This document shows, piece by piece, positions 22,232 to 32,443 of a DNA stretch of 64,000 nt. How positions within the stretch are numbered: the stretch's first letter is position 1; each line of letters starts with the position of its first letter. Position numbers and translations under genes: made by a program. This DNA comes from Candidatus Omnitrophota bacterium (lineage in GTDB: Bacteria; Omnitrophota; Gorgyraeia; Pluralincolimonadales; Pluralincolimonadaceae), in NCBI GenBank assembly GCA_028716565.1, contig JAQUPL010000005.1:6379-70378 (forward strand). The letters are read 5' to 3'. Below the pieces are notes generated by a model. It worked only from the letters and a program-made list of their open reading frames with translations, did no database searches and was not told where the DNA came from.

Positions 22232-23479
22232 ATGGATAAGAGAAGAGTAGTCGTAACCGGCCTTGGTGCCGTCACGCCTGTCGGAAATTCCAAAGACGAA
22301 TTGTGGAAATCCCTCCTAGCCGGTAAAAGCGGCGCAGGAAAGATAACCCATTTCGACCCCACGGGTTTTGATTCCCAGATCGCCTGCGAAGTCAAGAACT
22401 TCGACGCCTCCAGGTATATAACCACGGCTAAGGAGCTGAGGAGGATGGACCGCTTTGTGCAATTTGCGGTCTACGGCGCGAAGATGGCCATGGAGGACGC
22501 AGGCTTGGACATAACCAAGGAAGACCCGTACCGCATAGGGGTCCTTGTCGGTTCCGGCATCGGCGGATTAAAAGTCATCCAGGACCAGACCCTCGTGTGG
22601 AAGGAGAAGGGTCCCTCGAGGCTCGGCCCGCTCCTTATACCGATGCTTATCGTAAATATGGCCCCCGGACAGATCTCGATATCGTGCGGGATAAAAGGTC
22701 CAAATTCCTGCGTCGCCACGGCGTGCGCGACCGGGAACCATTCGATAGGCGAAGCGACCAGGCTTATCCAGCACGGCTACGCAGATATGATGATATGCGG
22801 AGGCACCGAAGCGGCTATCGTCGAGACGGGTGTGGGTGGTTTCTGCGCCCTTACGGCCCTCTCAAAGAGGAATGACGCGCCTGAAAAGGCGAGCAGGCCT
22901 TTCGATAAGGGCCGCGACGGGTTCGTGATGGGCGAAGGCAGCGGCATCGCTCTGCTGGAATCCCTAGAGCACGCGAAAAAACGCGGCGCGAAGATATATG
23001 CCGAGGTCGCCGGTTACGGGATGTGCGGTGACGCTTACCATATGACCGCGCCTGACCCGAACGGCGAGGGCGCAGCGATGTGCATGAAACTTGCCCTCCA
23101 GGACGGCGGTTTAAAGCTGGAAGACGTCTCTTATATAAACGCCCACGGCACATCGACCGAGTTGAACGATAAGATAGAAACGCTCGCCATAAAGAAATTA
23201 TTCGGAAAGCAGGCATATAAGATCCCGGTCAGCTCCACCAAATCGATGACCGGGCATTGTCTGGGCGCGGCCGGAGGAATAGAGTTCATCGCCAGCGTTA
23301 AGGCCGTACAAGAGGATATAATCCCGCCCACTATAAATTACGAGACTCCGGATCCGGACTGCGATCTCGATTACGTCCCGAATAAGGCGAGAAGCGCCAA
23401 GGTGAACGTCGCCATATCGAACGCCTTTGGCTTCGGCGGGCACAACGCGTGCATCGCCGTAAAGAAATTCCTTCCGTAA
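22232..23479 (+). CDS. fabF: 3-oxoacyl-ACP synthase II
   Basis: active-site Cys in [13 protein letters not shown] dyad ([13 protein letters not shown]). Confidence 0.92.
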   Translation: MDKRRVVVTGLGAVTPVGNSKDELWKSLLAGKSGAGKITHFDPTGFDSQIACEVKNFDASRYITTAKELRRMDRFVQFAVYGAKMAMEDAGLDITKEDPYRIGVLVGSGIGGLKVIQDQTLVWKEKGPSRLGPLLIPMLIVNMAPGQISISCGIKGPNSCVATACATGNHSIGEATRLIQHGYADMMICGGTEAAIVETGVGGFCALTALSKRNDAPEKASRPFDKGRDGFVMGEGSGIALLESLEHAKKRGAKIYAEVAGYGMCGDAYHMTAPDPNGEGAAMCMKLALQDGGLKLEDVSYINAHGTSTELNDKIETLAIKKLFGKQAYKIPVSSTKSMTGHCLGAAGGIEFIASVKAVQEDIIPPTINYETPDPDCDLDYVPNKARSAKVNVAISNAFGFGGHNACIAVKKFLP

Positions 23480-23500
23480 AACACAATAAGGGGTGACAAG

Positions 23501-24655
23501 ATGGATTATTTATTGACCGAACAGCAGGTAATGGTGCGTGACCTGGCGCGTAAGATCGCAAAAGAGAAGATAGCGCCTGTCGCCGCCGAGCACGACGAGA
23601 AAGAGACCTTCCCGTGGGATATAATGAAGGTCATGGCCGAGTCCGACCTCTGCGGCGTATATATAGAGGAGAAATACGGCGGGCTTGGCGGCGGCGCGAT
23701 GGAACTTTGCCTCGTGACCGAGGAGCTCTCGCGCGCGTGCGGCGGCATCGCGATATGCTTCGCGGCGACCGCCCTCGGGACATATCCGATAATATTGTTC
23801 GGCAATGACGAGCAGAAACAAAAATATCTTCCTGACATAGCCAGCGGCAAGAAACTTGCCGCTTTTGCTTTGACCGAGGCAGGCGCCGGATCAGACGCGG
23901 GCGCCATCGCCACGACCGCCAGAAAAGAGGGCGATTACTACGTATTGAACGGCGTCAAGCAGTGGATAACCAACGGCGGAGAGGCGGAGATATATTCGGT
24001 CATCGCGATGACCGACAGGGAGAAGGGAGCGCGCGGCGCAAGCTTTTTCATAGTTGAAAAAGGCACCCCTGGTTTTGATTTCGGAAAGAAGGAGAAGAAA
24101 CTCGGCATTCGCGCTTCGGCGACGCGCGAGCTCATATTCAATGAGTGCAAGGTCCATAAAGATAACCTGCTCGGGCGGGAGGGCATGGGTTTCATAGTCG
24201 CGATGAAGACTTTTGACAAGTCGCGCCCGGGTGTCGCGGCGCAGGCAGTCGGCATAGCGCAGGGCGCGCTGGACCACGCGGTCAAATATTCGCGCGAGCG
24301 CAAGCAGTTCGGCAAGACGATATCGTCGTTCCAGGGGCTCCAGTTCATGATCGCGGACATGGCTACCCAGATAGAGGCGGCGCGCTCTCTGACCTATGCC
24401 GTTGCGAGGATGGTAGATTCGGGAGCGAGGGATGTTTCGAAGGAATCCGCGATGGTGAAGTTATTCGCGTCGGATACCGCTATGAAGGTCACGACCGACG
24501 CGATCCAGGTACTCGGCGGTTACGGTTATATGCGCGATTACCCGGTAGAGAAGTACATGCGCGACGCTAAGATAACCCAGATTTACGAAGGCACCAACCA
24601 GATACAACGGAACATAATAGCGCTCGAAGTGCTGAAAGAACAATTGAGAAAATGA
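23501..24655 (+). CDS. acyl-CoA dehydrogenase (butyryl-CoA dehydrogenase-like)
   Basis: 384 aa; ACAD N-terminal, middle and C-terminal domains; catalytic Glu in YEGTNQIQ region; followed by etfB-etfA. Confidence 0.85.
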   Translation: MDYLLTEQQVMVRDLARKIAKEKIAPVAAEHDEKETFPWDIMKVMAESDLCGVYIEEKYGGLGGGAMELCLVTEELSRACGGIAICFAATALGTYPIILFGNDEQKQKYLPDIASGKKLAAFALTEAGAGSDAGAIATTARKEGDYYVLNGVKQWITNGGEAEIYSVIAMTDREKGARGASFFIVEKGTPGFDFGKKEKKLGIRASATRELIFNECKVHKDNLLGREGMGFIVAMKTFDKSRPGVAAQAVGIAQGALDHAVKYSRERKQFGKTISSFQGLQFMIADMATQIEAARSLTYAVARMVDSGARDVSKESAMVKLFASDTAMKVTTDAIQVLGGYGYMRDYPVEKYMRDAKITQIYEGTNQIQRNIIALEVLKEQLRK

Positions 24656-24710
24656 ACCCCACGCATCTCTATATAATACAAGCGCTGAGAATGAAAGTAG
24701 GAGGTGTGGG

Positions 24711-25508
24711 GTGAACATAATCGTCTGCATAAAACAGGTCCCTGACACGCAGGATATAAGGATCAACCCCGAAACCAATACCCTGATGCGCGAGGGCGTG
24801 CAATCGATAGTAAATCCGTTCGATATGTACGCCATAGAAGAAGCGTTGAGGATAAAGGAGAAGCTCGGCGGCAAGATCACGGTCATCTGCATGGGCCCGC
24901 AGCAGGCGGATTCAGCGCTGCGCGAGGCGGTCTCTATGGGCGTCGACGAGATGGTCCTTATGTGCGACCGCGCCTTCGCCGGCTCCGACACATGGGCTAC
25001 GAGCTACACCCTCGCGAAAGGCATCCAGAAACTCGGCAAGTTCGACCTTATAATCTGCGGAAAGCAGGCGATAGACGGCGACACGGCGCAGGTCGGGCCG
25101 GGGATAGCCGCTACCCTCGATATTCCGCAGGTCACATACGTAAAGAAGACGGAAGAGATAAAAGAGGATATGGCAAGGTTCGAGAAGATGACAGAGGAAG
25201 GATTCGAGGTCATCGAGACCCCGCTGCCATGCCTTATCACCGTCGTAAAAGAGATAAATATCCCGCGGCTTCCCTCGTTAAAAGGGAAGATACGCGCCAA
25301 ACAGGCGCCGGTGACGACGCTGACGGCAAAAGATATCGACGCCGAACCGGAGAAGCTCGGGCTGAAGGGCTCTCCGACGGTCGTAAAGAAGGTGTTTACG
25401 CCGCCCAAGAGGACAGGCGGGCAGATCTTGCAGGGCGAGACGAATGAGGTCGTGGCTAAACTCGTCGAGGCGTTAAAAGACATGGTTGTCGCGGCGGGAA
25501 AAACATAA
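24711..25508 (+). CDS. etfB: electron transfer flavoprotein beta subunit
   Basis: MNIIVCIKQVPD N-terminus diagnostic of EtfB/FixA; GTG start with AGGAGG RBS. Confidence 0.88.
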   Translation: MNIIVCIKQVPDTQDIRINPETNTLMREGVQSIVNPFDMYAIEEALRIKEKLGGKITVICMGPQQADSALREAVSMGVDEMVLMCDRAFAGSDTWATSYTLAKGIQKLGKFDLIICGKQAIDGDTAQVGPGIAATLDIPQVTYVKKTEEIKEDMARFEKMTEEGFEVIETPLPCLITVVKEINIPRLPSLKGKIRAKQAPVTTLTAKDIDAEPEKLGLKGSPTVVKKVFTPPKRTGGQILQGETNEVVAKLVEALKDMVVAAGKT

Positions 25509-25509
25509 A

Positions 25510-26736
25510 ATGGCAGAACAGAATAATTCCCAAGAATGTTCCATACGGATATTGCTGGATAAATGCACGGGATGCACCTTGTGCGTCAAGAGCTGCCCGT
25601 TCGGCGCGATAACCATGCAGGACAAGAAGGCCGTCATAGATTTCGGGAAGTGCACGCTCTGCGGCGCCTGCGTGGCTATATGCAAGTTCAAGGCGATAGA
25701 GCTTACCACCTGCAAGGTCGAGCCGAAGGCGGACCTTAGCGCTTACAAGGGCGTCTGGGTGTTCGCCGAGCAGAAGAAGGGCAATGTCCAGAGCGTCGTA
25801 TATGAACTCCTCGGTAAAGGCCGGGAGCTCGCCAATGACCTAGGCACAGAGCTCGCCTGCATCCTGATAGGCGACGGGATGGAAGTCAAGGCCCAGGAGT
25901 TATTCTCCCGCGGCGCGGATAAGGTATATCTCGTCGAGGACCCGAAACTCAAGAATTACATGGACGAGCCTTATACCAATGTCATCGTCGAGCTCGTCAA
26001 GGAATTCAAGCCCGAAATACTTTTATACGGCGCGACCTCGATCGGCAGGTCGCTTGCCTCACGGGTGGCCGTAAAACTCTATACGGGCCTTACGGCCGAC
26101 TGCACCGGGCTTGCTATCGACAAAGAAAAGAAATTGCTTTTACAGACCCGCCCGGCGTTCGGCGGGAATATCATGGCGACGATCGTCTGCGAGAATTACC
26201 GGCCGCAGATGTCGACGGTCCGCCACAAAGTCTTCAAGGAAGCCGTTGTCGACAAGGCCAGGACCGGCCAGGTAGTAAAGAAGAGCTATCCGGGAAACCT
26301 TTACGATTCCCGCACGAAATTACTGGAGATAAAAGAAGAGGAATCAACTACGGCGAACCTCACCGAGGCGAACATAATCGTCTCGGGCGGCAGGGGGCTC
26401 GGAAAACCGGAAAATTTCAAGATCATTGAAGACTTGGCGAAGGTATTGGGCGGGGCTGTCGGCGCCTCGCGCTCTGCCGTTGACGCCGAATGGATACCGT
26501 ACTCGCACCAGGTGGGCCAGACAGGAAAGACCGTCTGCCCGAAGATATATTTCGCATGCGGCATATCCGGGCAGATACAGCATTTGGCCGGCATGTCGTC
26601 CTCGGATATCATCATCGCGATAAATAAAGACCCTCTAGCGCCGATATTTACAGTTGCCACCTACGGCATAGTAGGCGACTTAAACGAGGTCGTCCCGGCA
26701 CTTACACAGAAATTCAAGGAAGTCCTGAAGAAATAA
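25510..26736 (+). CDS. etfA: electron transfer flavoprotein alpha subunit with N-terminal 2x[4Fe-4S] ferredoxin domain
   Basis: CTGCTLCVKSCP and CTLCGACVAICK cluster motifs then EtfA/FixB domains (FAD region GISGQIQHLAG); ATG 25510 chosen over overlapping 25486. Confidence 0.85.
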   Translation: MAEQNNSQECSIRILLDKCTGCTLCVKSCPFGAITMQDKKAVIDFGKCTLCGACVAICKFKAIELTTCKVEPKADLSAYKGVWVFAEQKKGNVQSVVYELLGKGRELANDLGTELACILIGDGMEVKAQELFSRGADKVYLVEDPKLKNYMDEPYTNVIVELVKEFKPEILLYGATSIGRSLASRVAVKLYTGLTADCTGLAIDKEKKLLLQTRPAFGGNIMATIVCENYRPQMSTVRHKVFKEAVVDKARTGQVVKKSYPGNLYDSRTKLLEIKEEESTTANLTEANIIVSGGRGLGKPENFKIIEDLAKVLGGAVGASRSAVDAEWIPYSHQVGQTGKTVCPKIYFACGISGQIQHLAGMSSSDIIIAINKDPLAPIFTVATYGIVGDLNEVVPALTQKFKEVLKK

Positions 26737-26774
26737 TCCCAGAATAGGCCGAAATGGACAACTAGTAAGAATAA

Positions 26775-26797
26775 TGCCCTCGTGGGCAATTTTTTTT
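26775..26797 (+). terminator. rho-independent terminator after etfA
   Basis: stem TGCCC/GGGCA with TCGT loop followed by 8-T tract (26790-26797). Confidence 0.6.
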
Positions 26798-26820
26798 GCC
26801 TTTATTTTTCCCCTTTTGTG

Positions 26821-26829
26821 TGGTATATT
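26821..26829 (+). promoter_or_regulatory. extended -10 element TGgTATATT for the envelope cluster
   Basis: TG 26821-26822, TATATT 26824-26829; AGGAGG 26839-26844 then ATG 26850; -35 weak. Confidence 0.4.
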
Positions 26830-26849
26830 TAGACAGATAGGAGGTGAAG

Positions 26850-27545
26850 ATGCAAAAGAGTTATTTTAAGGTATTTTTAATTACCTTGTATTGTCTTTCT
26901 TTTTTTCTCTCCTCCTCCTCCGCAGAGAACCTTGTCCTAAATGGCAGTTTCGAAGAGACCTTGGATAACAAAAATCCCGGCGCGGCCGGAGATTACGACG
27001 CTATCCGATATTGGTTAAGATGGTTTCATCAAAACAGCGAGCGTTCGGAACTGGCAGCGCATAGCGGCAGGTACTCGTTTAAGGCTTGGGCGATCGGCGG
27101 TATATTCCAAAATTTTGCGGCACCGATAGAAAAAGGGAAGACCTACCAGATCAATTGTTATATGTACACCCCGGGCAAAGACCGCCTTAAAGGCGCTTCT
27201 TACGGTCTAGTAAAATTAGAATGGCTGAATGCGGACGGGATCGTGTTGAATGACCTGACGGTCCGGAGCCCGCATTTTGATAGTAATATGTCGCCTGATA
27301 CCTGGCATCTGATGTCCGTCCAAGGAGTTGCCCCGGAAAATGCGGTAAATGGACGCGTATCTTTAGAATTTGTAGCCGCTCAGAAAAGCTCGGGCGTGAT
27401 ATTATGGGACGATGTGGAAGCGGGTATCCCCGGCGGGGGAATAACACAATCGAAAGTCTCTAAAGAGGAAGTTAAGAAGGAAGAGGCGCCGAAAGAAGTG
27501 ACGCCAAAAGAAAAAGAGGATGGAACTATCGATTGGGAATGGTAA
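26850..27545 (+). CDS. secreted protein with CBM4/9-like carbohydrate-binding beta-sandwich domain and K/E-rich tail
   Basis: signal peptide; NGSFEE...W start typical of CBM_4_9-type domains; C-terminal KEEVKKEEAPKEVTPKEKE low complexity. Confidence 0.55.
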   Translation: MQKSYFKVFLITLYCLSFFLSSSSAENLVLNGSFEETLDNKNPGAAGDYDAIRYWLRWFHQNSERSELAAHSGRYSFKAWAIGGIFQNFAAPIEKGKTYQINCYMYTPGKDRLKGASYGLVKLEWLNADGIVLNDLTVRSPHFDSNMSPDTWHLMSVQGVAPENAVNGRVSLEFVAAQKSSGVILWDDVEAGIPGGGITQSKVSKEEVKKEEAPKEVTPKEKEDGTIDWEW

Positions 27546-29998
27546 AATTCTTTTTATCTGCGATATTGATTTTTTTCACTATATTCAGTTCCATGAATTC
27601 AGCAGGCGCCGAAACAGACAGCGAGTTATTTTCCCGAGGAGAAAAATCTTTAAATAACGGCGAATTCGACGGCGCTGTTAAAACTTTCCAGATCTTAATA
27701 AATAAATATCCTTACAGCAAATTTCTCCCGTATGCCATTTACGACCAGGCCTTCGCTTTTTTGGAAACCGGCGAATACCAGCGGGCAGAAGAGAATTTTA
27801 AGAGGATCAACAAAGACTTTTCATATTTGAAAGATTTGATGCCGAAAGTCCAGTTTGGATTGGCGGAATGTTATTTAAGGATGGGAAAAGATGATCTGGC
27901 GGATTCATTCTATAGCGCCTCATTGTCTAAAGACCGGTCCAGGGTCCCCGATGTGATCTTTAGCAAGGCATGCGTTTATTACAAGCGGGATAAGCTGGAT
28001 TTAGCGGCGACATTTTTTAAAAAAATGATCGAAGGTTATCCGGCCGATCCAAGGGCCTTGGACGCCAAATTCATGCTGGCCAGTATCTATAAAGAGCAGG
28101 GAAAATATAAAAAGGCGGTGGATACTTTCAAAACGATCCCCAAGGACTCAAGGATGGGAAACGACGCATGTTTTAAACTGGGCGAGATCGCGTTTAAGGT
28201 CAAGAATTATCCCAAGGCGGTGGAATTTTTCCGCAATGTAAGACCCAAGAGCGAGATTTTCGGGGAAAAAACAAATTTGGAAGAACTCGCCCGGTACCAA
28301 ATGGGGCTGGCTTATTATGAACTGGGCAAAATATACGAGACGCGGATAGTATGCGAGGATTTCCTGGAAAGATATCCCGGAAGCGAGTCGATAAAAGACG
28401 TGCGCCACCTGTTGGTCATCGCTTATTTAAAACAAAAAAAGGTTGACGAGGCGGTCCAGGCATTTAAAGATTACGCGCGCCTTGACCCGAAAGGGGCGCA
28501 AAAACTTGATGTAAATTTCTTCATAGGAGAATCCTTTTACGAAAGGGGAGAATACAAAGAGGCGATAGGATTTTATAAAAAGCAGCTTGCGGAATCCAAA
28601 GACGCCGGGTCTATCGAAAAGAATCTATCTAGATTAGGGGAATGCTACTTTAGCCTTAATGACTACGCTAAGGCGGAAGAGGCCTATAAGGAATATCTAA
28701 AAACGTATCCGAACGGGCCGTCAGCGCCGCAATTCGCTTTTAGGTTGGCGTATGTCTTCGCGACCCAGAATAATTATGCCTCAGCGCTGAAGCTCTATAA
28801 GATGATCGAAGAGAAGTTCCCTAAGTTGGAGTATATAGATAATGTGATCTATAATATAGGGTGGTGTTATTCCAAATCGGGAGAGCCCGGTGAAGCGCTA
28901 ACCTATTTTAAAAAATTCATAGAGAGCTATCCGGAAAACAAATTGGCGCCGGCCGCTACGTATGAGATCGGGAATATATATTTTAATAACAGGCAATACG
29001 CCCAAGCCGCCGAGTATTATAAGCAACTGGTCGAGAGATATCCCCAAAGCGAAACAATAGAAGCTGCTTCGTACCGGCTCAGCGTAAGTTATCTCTATTC
29101 CGCAAAACGGGAGGAGGCGCTGAACGAACTGGTAATTTTCCTGGATAAGAACCCGACCAGTCCTTTAGCCATTGAAGTCATAGGCAGGATCTACGATATC
29201 TATTTGAGCCAGAAGAAATACAGGGAAGGGATCGCGGCTTTTGAGGAATTAGCGAAAAAACATTCCCAGCAAAAGGCCATCTTGGCGGAATTATACAGTT
29301 GCCTTGCAGACCTGTACCTTATTTCCGGAAATTCGCCGGATGCCGCCAAGACCGTGCAGAAATTACTGTCGTCATATGACGGTTTTTCCGATACTCCTCC
29401 CTCAGGAAATGCCGCTTATATTATCGGCCAAGTCCTGGTCAAAGGGAATAATGGACCGGAAGCCGTTAAATTTTACAGCGATATATTGGCCAAATATAAA
29501 GATGATGCGCTTACCGAAGTGTCTTTATTCGGGAGGGGCCAAGCCTACCTGAAATTAAAGTCATGGCGGGATGCGATCGGAGATTTCAGCGAATTAATAT
29601 CCAGATATCCAGATACAAAATACGCAAGCAGGGCCAAATTAGGGATCGCGAATTCCTATTATAATCGCGATATCCTCAGCGAAGCGATCAAATATTATAA
29701 AGATGTCGTAGATAATTACAAGGACGAGACGACCGTTGAGGCCCTCTTTAAATTAGGCGACAGCTATTTTTTGCAAAAGAAATATGCCGAGGCCTTACCG
29801 AGCTTCCAGCGCGTTGCTATACTATATTCGAATCGCGAAGAATTGGCCGCCGAGTCCCTCTTTAAGGCCGGAGAATGCCAGGAAAAACTGGAAAACAGGC
29901 AGGAAGCAAGAGCTTTATACGAGAAACTCGCAGCCAATTACCCTAAAACCGAAGAAGCGAAAAAGGCGCGGGAAAGGTTAAAGGCGATAAAGCGATGA
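27539..29998 (+). CDS. large tetratricopeptide-repeat (TPR) protein, N-terminal signal/anchor
   Basis: ~820 aa of tandem 34-aa TPR-like units (repeating ...Y..A.....G.Y..A...F...... pattern); hydrophobic N-terminus. Confidence 0.75.
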   Translation: MVKFFLSAILIFFTIFSSMNSAGAETDSELFSRGEKSLNNGEFDGAVKTFQILINKYPYSKFLPYAIYDQAFAFLETGEYQRAEENFKRINKDFSYLKDLMPKVQFGLAECYLRMGKDDLADSFYSASLSKDRSRVPDVIFSKACVYYKRDKLDLAATFFKKMIEGYPADPRALDAKFMLASIYKEQGKYKKAVDTFKTIPKDSRMGNDACFKLGEIAFKVKNYPKAVEFFRNVRPKSEIFGEKTNLEELARYQMGLAYYELGKIYETRIVCEDFLERYPGSESIKDVRHLLVIAYLKQKKVDEAVQAFKDYARLDPKGAQKLDVNFFIGESFYERGEYKEAIGFYKKQLAESKDAGSIEKNLSRLGECYFSLNDYAKAEEAYKEYLKTYPNGPSAPQFAFRLAYVFATQNNYASALKLYKMIEEKFPKLEYIDNVIYNIGWCYSKSGEPGEALTYFKKFIESYPENKLAPAATYEIGNIYFNNRQYAQAAEYYKQLVERYPQSETIEAASYRLSVSYLYSAKREEALNELVIFLDKNPTSPLAIEVIGRIYDIYLSQKKYREGIAAFEELAKKHSQQKAILAELYSCLADLYLISGNSPDAAKTVQKLLSSYDGFSDTPPSGNAAYIIGQVLVKGNNGPEAVKFYSDILAKYKDDALTEVSLFGRGQAYLKLKSWRDAIGDFSELISRYPDTKYASRAKLGIANSYYNRDILSEAIKYYKDVVDNYKDETTVEALFKLGDSYFLQKKYAEALPSFQRVAILYSNREELAAESLFKAGECQEKLENRQEARALYEKLAANYPKTEEAKKARERLKAIKR

Positions 29999-30831
29999 CA
30001 GCCAAGAAATTCGGGTTGCTTTTTAAGCTCTTATTTGCCTGCTTTTTATTCAGGTGCGCTTTATCTTTTGCGCAGGACGAGATCATATTAAAGAACGGAA
30101 ACGTTATAAGAGGTTCTATATTAAAGACAGACAGGTCCGGATTAAGCATAGAGGTTTCCGGACAAAAAGCGGTCATAATCGTGCCGTTAACGAATATAGA
30201 CAGGTTCACGATAGAGGCGCCGGATTTTTTCCGTACGGCGCAGGATTATTATCTCGCTAAAAAATATGAACAAGCTTACCCGCTTTATTTAAATACTATT
30301 CAAAAATACGGAGGATTAAGCTGGGGCGAGGAGGCTTATTTTAAGGCGGCCGATTGCCAGGTAAAAATGGGAGATGGCCCCAAAGCGATAGAACTGTATA
30401 ATAGCTACATCGGCGATTATCCGGACGCCAAATCGGTAAATAAGGCCAGGATGAACTTAGCGGCTCTTTTATCCGGAAAGGGCGATCATGACAATGCGAT
30501 CAAGATCTACGACGCGGTGATACGCTCAAAAGACGAATCAAACCGTCCTGATGCCTATTACGGAAGCGCAGAATCCTATTTTGCCCAAGGCGCATACGAG
30601 CAGGCTTTGGTCAATTATCTTAGGGTAGAGGTGCTTTATTATGATAGAAGCGATCTAGTCGCGAACGCTAAATTTAAAAGCGGAGAGTGTTATGAGAAAT
30701 TAGGTGAAGACGAAAAGGCGCTGGTAACTTACAGGGAGATAATAGCCGGATTTCCTAAAAGCGATTTCGCCAAAAAATCGAAGGCTAAACTGGAGAAGCT
30801 AGAAAAAGGGAGGAAGAAAGATGCTACGTAA
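29995..30831 (+). CDS. TPR protein (YbgF/CpoB-like), signal peptide
   Basis: signal peptide, small N-terminal beta-rich segment then 4-5 TPR units; precedes tolQ-like gene. Confidence 0.7.
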   Translation: MTAKKFGLLFKLLFACFLFRCALSFAQDEIILKNGNVIRGSILKTDRSGLSIEVSGQKAVIIVPLTNIDRFTIEAPDFFRTAQDYYLAKKYEQAYPLYLNTIQKYGGLSWGEEAYFKAADCQVKMGDGPKAIELYNSYIGDYPDAKSVNKARMNLAALLSGKGDHDNAIKIYDAVIRSKDESNRPDAYYGSAESYFAQGAYEQALVNYLRVEVLYYDRSDLVANAKFKSGECYEKLGEDEKALVTYREIIAGFPKSDFAKKSKAKLEKLEKGRKKDAT

Positions 30832-31555
30832 AGATGCGGTGCGAACGGTTGGGTTTATTATGGCGTCGGTAATAATCTTATTTTCATTTGCTGTTTTTGC
30901 TCAGGAAGTCGCGGTCCCTGCGGCGACAAAAGGAATGACATTTTGGCAGATATGCGTTGCCGGCGGTTGGACCATGATCTTCATCGGCTTATGCTCCATA
31001 CTCGGCATGGCCCTGATAATCGACCTATTCATCTCGTTGCGTAAATCCGTCATGATGCCGGCCGATTATCTGATGGCGGTCAAGACTTCGATAAAGAACG
31101 GGGATATGCAGGGGGCGACAAATCTAGGCAGCCTCAGGAAAGGTTTCCTGGTCAACGTCGTCCAGGCAGGTATAGATAAAAGCGGCCATGAACTACAGAT
31201 CATCCAGGACTCGATGACCATAGTAGGCGGCAAGGAAGCTACGGGCCTTCAGCAGAAGATCGGCTATCTTTCATCGATAGGAACGATATCCCCGATGCTC
31301 GGGCTTCTCGGTACGGTCTTAGGTATGATCCAGTCATTTAACGTTATCGCCTTTGAGGCAGGTTTGGGTAAACCGACACTATTGGCCGCCGGCGTGTCCC
31401 AGGCCTTGATCACGACCGCCTTCGGGTTGATCGTCGGTATCCCGGTAATGGCTTTCTTTTTCTACTTCCGTAATAAGGCCCAGGAGATAACCACCGACAT
31501 AGAGATCACCGCCGGAGAGATAGCGCTGATGCTTGCCGGAAAATCAAAGGGATAA
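30821..31555 (+). CDS. MotA/TolQ/ExbB proton-channel family protein
   Basis: 3 TM layout with conserved C-terminal TM region GTISPMLGLLGTVLGMI. Confidence 0.85.
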   Translation: MLRKDAVRTVGFIMASVIILFSFAVFAQEVAVPAATKGMTFWQICVAGGWTMIFIGLCSILGMALIIDLFISLRKSVMMPADYLMAVKTSIKNGDMQGATNLGSLRKGFLVNVVQAGIDKSGHELQIIQDSMTIVGGKEATGLQQKIGYLSSIGTISPMLGLLGTVLGMIQSFNVIAFEAGLGKPTLLAAGVSQALITTAFGLIVGIPVMAFFFYFRNKAQEITTDIEITAGEIALMLAGKSKG

Positions 31556-31559
31556 GGGA

Positions 31560-31970
31560 ATGAGATTCCTTAGGCAGAAAATCGAAGAACCGGGGTTCCA
31601 GATGGCACCGATGATCGACTGCGTATTCCTGTTGCTGATATTCTTCATGTCCGTATCCACTTTCCACCAATTGGAATCGGTGGAGGGGATAAATTTGCCG
31701 GTCGCGGACCAATCCCGGGCCGTCGAAGACGCGGCTCCGAAACTTTCCGTAAACATAAAAAGCGACGGGGCGATAGTCATGAACCAGAATATATACGAGC
31801 CTGAACAACTCGCGAAAATATTGTCCGGAACCGGAATAAAACAAACGATCGTAATAAGGGCGGATAAAACTGTCCCGCACGGCAGGGTCCTTGATGTTTT
31901 AAGCGCCTGCGCCGCGGCCGGGATCTGGGATATATCGTTCGCTACATTTCAGGAAGAGCCAAAAAAATGA
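31560..31970 (+). CDS. ExbD/TolR biopolymer transport protein (copy 1)
   Basis: EPGFQMAPMIDCVFLLLIFFM N-terminal TM with conserved Asp; periplasmic domain; start ATG 31560 (ORF-track 31533 rejected). Confidence 0.85.
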   Translation: MRFLRQKIEEPGFQMAPMIDCVFLLLIFFMSVSTFHQLESVEGINLPVADQSRAVEDAAPKLSVNIKSDGAIVMNQNIYEPEQLAKILSGTGIKQTIVIRADKTVPHGRVLDVLSACAAAGIWDISFATFQEEPKK

Positions 31971-31979
31971 GGCGGAAAG

Positions 31980-32426
31980 ATGAGATTTTTTAAGGGAGGC
32001 AACGAAGAGCCGGGGTTCCAGATGGCCCCTATGATCGATTGTGTATTCCTACTGTTGATATTCTTCATGTCCGCCTCCAGTTTTAACGCACCCGAGGCCC
32101 AGCTGAACATAGATCTGCCGGCGGTGTCGAGCAAGACACAGGCAAAGATCGGGGAAGATGTAGTAGTAAATGTCCTGTCGGATGGCAGTGTGATGGTGAA
32201 TGACAAACAATACGGCGGCCCGGGATCAAAGGACCTTCCCGAATTGGTGGGTATGTTGACCGATCTGACCAAGATATTCGAAACACAGCCGGTCATAATA
32301 TTCGCCGACCCGGATGTTTCGCATGAAAGGGTAGTAGATGTTTTAAACGCTTGCGCCGCAGCGAAGATTAAGTCAGTATCTTTTCTTGTTCCCGAAGAGA
32401 CAATTTTAAGGATCGGCAACAAATAA
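31980..32426 (+). CDS. ExbD/TolR biopolymer transport protein (copy 2, tandem paralog)
   Basis: EPGFQMAPMIDCVFLLLIFFM identical TM motif; roughly 85% nt identity to copy 1 over first ~70 nt, then diverged. Confidence 0.85.
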   Translation: MRFFKGGNEEPGFQMAPMIDCVFLLLIFFMSASSFNAPEAQLNIDLPAVSSKTQAKIGEDVVVNVLSDGSVMVNDKQYGGPGSKDLPELVGMLTDLTKIFETQPVIIFADPDVSHERVVDVLNACAAAKIKSVSFLVPEETILRIGNK

Positions 32427-32443
32427 AAAGAGCAAAGCGAGGA

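Noticed and set aside
24656-24710. CCCCAC ... GTGGGG inverted repeat and TATATAAT box between acd and etfB
   Set aside because: A 6-bp stem with a ~40-nt loop is not significant. The TATATAAT may be an internal promoter, but there is no supporting -35, so it is not called.
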